From contig NC_068985.1 of the NCBI RefSeq assembly GCF_001194135.2, forward strand, positions 19,820,059-19,884,058: a stretch of DNA of 64,000 bases. Direction: 5' to 3'. The notes beneath the pieces are model-generated. The model made no database searches. It was given only the letters and a program-made list of their open reading frames with translations, and had not been told where the DNA came from. Each line of letters starts with the position of its first letter. Positions within the stretch are counted from its first letter, which is position 1. This document shows, piece by piece, positions 61,290 through 64,000 of this stretch. Position numbers and translations under genes: made by a program. The stretch is from Octopus bimaculoides (taxonomy: Eukaryota).

Positions 61290-61412
61290 GTGGTGCAGAA
61301 AAGTGATCAAAATGGAAAAATAACAAAGAAGCACATGAAAGAAAAAGCTGCTCAAATAAGAAAAGCTGAGCAAAAGAAGCGTTTAGCATATCAACCAAAA
61401 GAATGTCTGAAG
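61290..61412 (+). CDS. EME1: Probable EME1 exon (basic coiled-coil leading into ERCC4-like domain)
   Basis: atAG acceptor, AAG|GTttgt donor, phase 0/0 matching the preceding exon. Reads ..KAEQKKRLAYQPKECLK, compared with human EME1 ..KAQRPEECLK. The gene continues beyond the window. Confidence 0.65.
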
Positions 61413-61489
61413 GTTTGTGTTTCTAGTTTTACTTTGATATTTATCAACTGTTAGTTTTGACTTAAGAGCTCAGAGACTAAGTTGTCTCT

Positions 61490-61750
61490 CTCCAGGTTGA
61501 GCAGTTACTTCTCCAGATCGAGAAGACACAGCTCCAGTACTATGGAAATGGGGTTAGAAATGTTGCAGGCAAAAAATGATTAGATGGATTCTTGAAGCTG
61601 AGCTAATGGGAAGGAGACCAGGAACAGACCAAGAACAAGATGGTCGGATGATATTCATAGTCTCTGTAGGTCACATTTGGGGTGCCATGGATGAGATGCC
61701 TGAGAACTCTACCACAGGAATAGTGCATAGAGAAGATGGATGGATAAACT
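61490..61750 (+). mobile_element. RTE-clade LINE 3' fragment
   Basis: Reads LLLQIEKTQLQYYG..MIRWILEAE..GRRP..RPRTRWSDDI across frameshifts. Confidence 0.7.
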
Positions 61751-63727
61751 ATTGGAGCCAGAGAAAGATGAACTGTTATTAAACTAGACTTCCATTTTAT
61801 AGGATTTAAGCATTGAAGTTGTTTATTGTCTTTAAAGGTTTATTTTACTATGTCATCAGTATCATCATCATCATTTAATGTCTGTTTTCCATGCTGGCAT
61901 GGGTTGGACGGTTTGACAGGAGCTGGCCAGGCTAGTGGCTGTACCAGTAACACACACCCATTTTGGTCGACCAGAGACTGTACTGGGGCTCTGTTGCAAT
62001 GTTGCACCTCCCCCACTCAGGCCCATCAAATGACTTTCATTTCCTTGTGTCTTAGAACATGAGCCTTAGCTCTGACAATGCAACCTTCATGCTTAACATT
62101 GAAGAATTTGTCAAGGGCCAATCTCACTGTGAGCACGCTGGTTGTGATGCCTTTTCTAAGCACCTCTTTTAAGTTTCCATCCGTTCTATTTCTTTCTATC
62201 TCTAATGCCTTACTAAACCTAATTGATTCTACTCTAATTGCACTTTTGGTTTATTTTATACAACTGGATGCTCTTCCTAATGCCAGCCACTTCATAAAGT
62301 GTACTGGGTGCTTTTTACATGATACCATCACCAGTGCTTTTTATGTGGCACCAACACCAGTGTTTTTAATGTGGCACCACCACCAGTGTTTTTAATGTGG
62401 CACCAACACCAGTGCTTTTTACATGGCACCTGGTAGAATAGTTCATCGAATCAGGACATTTATTAATCATTGCAACAAGTGTTTAATACTGAACACTTTT
62501 TCTGATTGTGACGTAGACTTGAGTAGACTCTCATTTTTTTTTTTTTTAATATATGCACTTCCATTAATGTCTTTAGTCATATTGTTTGAGTAATATGAAG
62601 TTCTAAAATTATGATGAGAATCAAAATATCTTGTTCTGGGTCCTTAGCTTCTTCTGAAGTTGTAGGAGTGCTGTGATGATATACAACATGTCTTGGACAT
62701 TATTAAGTCTTTTGGAACTTATCCGCATCCAGGTCTGACCATACCCAATTTCTTTCAGAGGGGGTGGGGAGATGAAAAGAAAGAGGAGGGAGTGGAGATC
62801 CTCTGTACAGGATAGGTATCTTATTTTATCGAACTCAAACTGGTGAAAGGCATGTTTACTTAGCAATTTTTGAACTTGGAACCCTGCAAGCAGGAATGGA
62901 TACTGCAGAGTCATTATGCCATCAGATAGATGGTATAATGACTGCTAATTTGCTATCTTCATATGACCTCAGAATGTTGAACCTTTCGGACAAGATGACA
63001 AAAGACCAAGATACTTGGTACCTTGTCTAAAAGACTCATTCTCCACAGCAGAAGTGTTAAGGCTGCATCCCCTGGTGAAGAGGATTGGCCTGTAAGAGTC
63101 TTGTACTGGTGCCACGTAAAAGCACTCATGCCGGTGTCACATTAAAAGTACAGAGTACTCACTGTAAAGTGGTTAGCATAAAGAAGGGCATCCATCTGTA
63201 GAAACCAAGTGAAATCAGGCTGGAACCTGGTGCAGCTCTCTGGCTTGCCTGCTCTGGTGAAACTGTCCAACCTATGCCAGTGTGGAAAACAGATGTTAAA
63301 GGATGATGATGATGTCTTGTGTTTAATATATTAATGTATACAGTATGTTTTGTATTTACATAGTGATTAAAAAAATCTATGCGAGCTGTTGTTTTAATTT
63401 TTTGCACTTTCCTGCTTCAGTATTTATTGACAAGTCTTTCTAATTTTGGCGCAAGGCCAGCAATTTTTGAGGGAAATGGGCAAGTTGATTAAATCAAGCT
63501 TAGCACTTGATAGTTCCTTTTAGTTAAGATATATCAAAGAAAATATAGTGAATTCAACAGAAAAACATAGCATTATTCAGGAATGATATTTAAGTTGTTA
63601 TATATTTATTATCATCATCATTGTTTAATGTCCGCTTTCCATGCTAGCATGGGTTGGATGATTTGACTGAGGACTGGTGAAACCGGATGGCAACACCAGG
63701 CTCCAATCTGATTTGGCAGAGTTTCTA

Positions 63728-63737
63728 NNNNNNNNNN
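63728..63737. other. Assembly gap (N run)
   Basis: Seen directly. Confidence 1.
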
Positions 63738-64000
63738 TTATAGTAGAAAGTCAGGTATACAATCTAAAGATGTATAACCCACTTTCAAGGCCAGTCAGGC
63801 GGTACTGGCAACAGCCACGCTCAAAATGGTGTATTTTACGTGCTACCCGCACAAGAGCCAGTCCAGGGACACTGATCCATGTAGGATTGTAGTAAAGTAA
63901 GCATTGTTAACTTCAGTTTCTGATAGCAAAAAGTATAGAGAAACATGCTTGAAGGTTGCCTGGTTGAAACTTGATAGATACAAAATAATTGATAGAGATA

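Overview
AT-rich, microsatellite- and retroposon-dense eukaryotic genomic DNA with five N gaps. The repeat landscape suggests an octopus or other coleoid cephalopod; this is an inference, not a database match. I assembled three intron-containing + strand genes by hand from GT-AG sites and frame continuity. (1) The 3' half of an ABCA3-like lipid exporter: 6 exons, 593-14249, all NBD2 motifs intact. (2) A divergent MKK3/6-type MAP2K: 7 solid exons at 29632-40053 plus a candidate first exon at 24981-25012, 321 aa in total. Its catalytic loop reads HKD instead of HRD, via an AAA codon one A-to-I edit away from Arg. (3) The 5' part of a probable EME1: exons 57170/57276-57719 and 61290-61412, running off the window. 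Non-coding DNA holds tRNA-derived SINEs, RTE LINE fragments, piggyBac-type MITEs, a non-autonomous Helitron and a Helitron Rep fossil. It also holds MITEs carrying TTAGGG/CCCTAA arrays and several long palindromes. One palindrome contains two fossil Penelope-type minimal hammerhead ribozymes. Top leads: possible editing-dependent restoration of the kinase, the hammerhead palindrome, two long hairpins in the EME1 locus, telomere-repeat MITEs, and the ABCA-MAP2K3/6-EME linkage.
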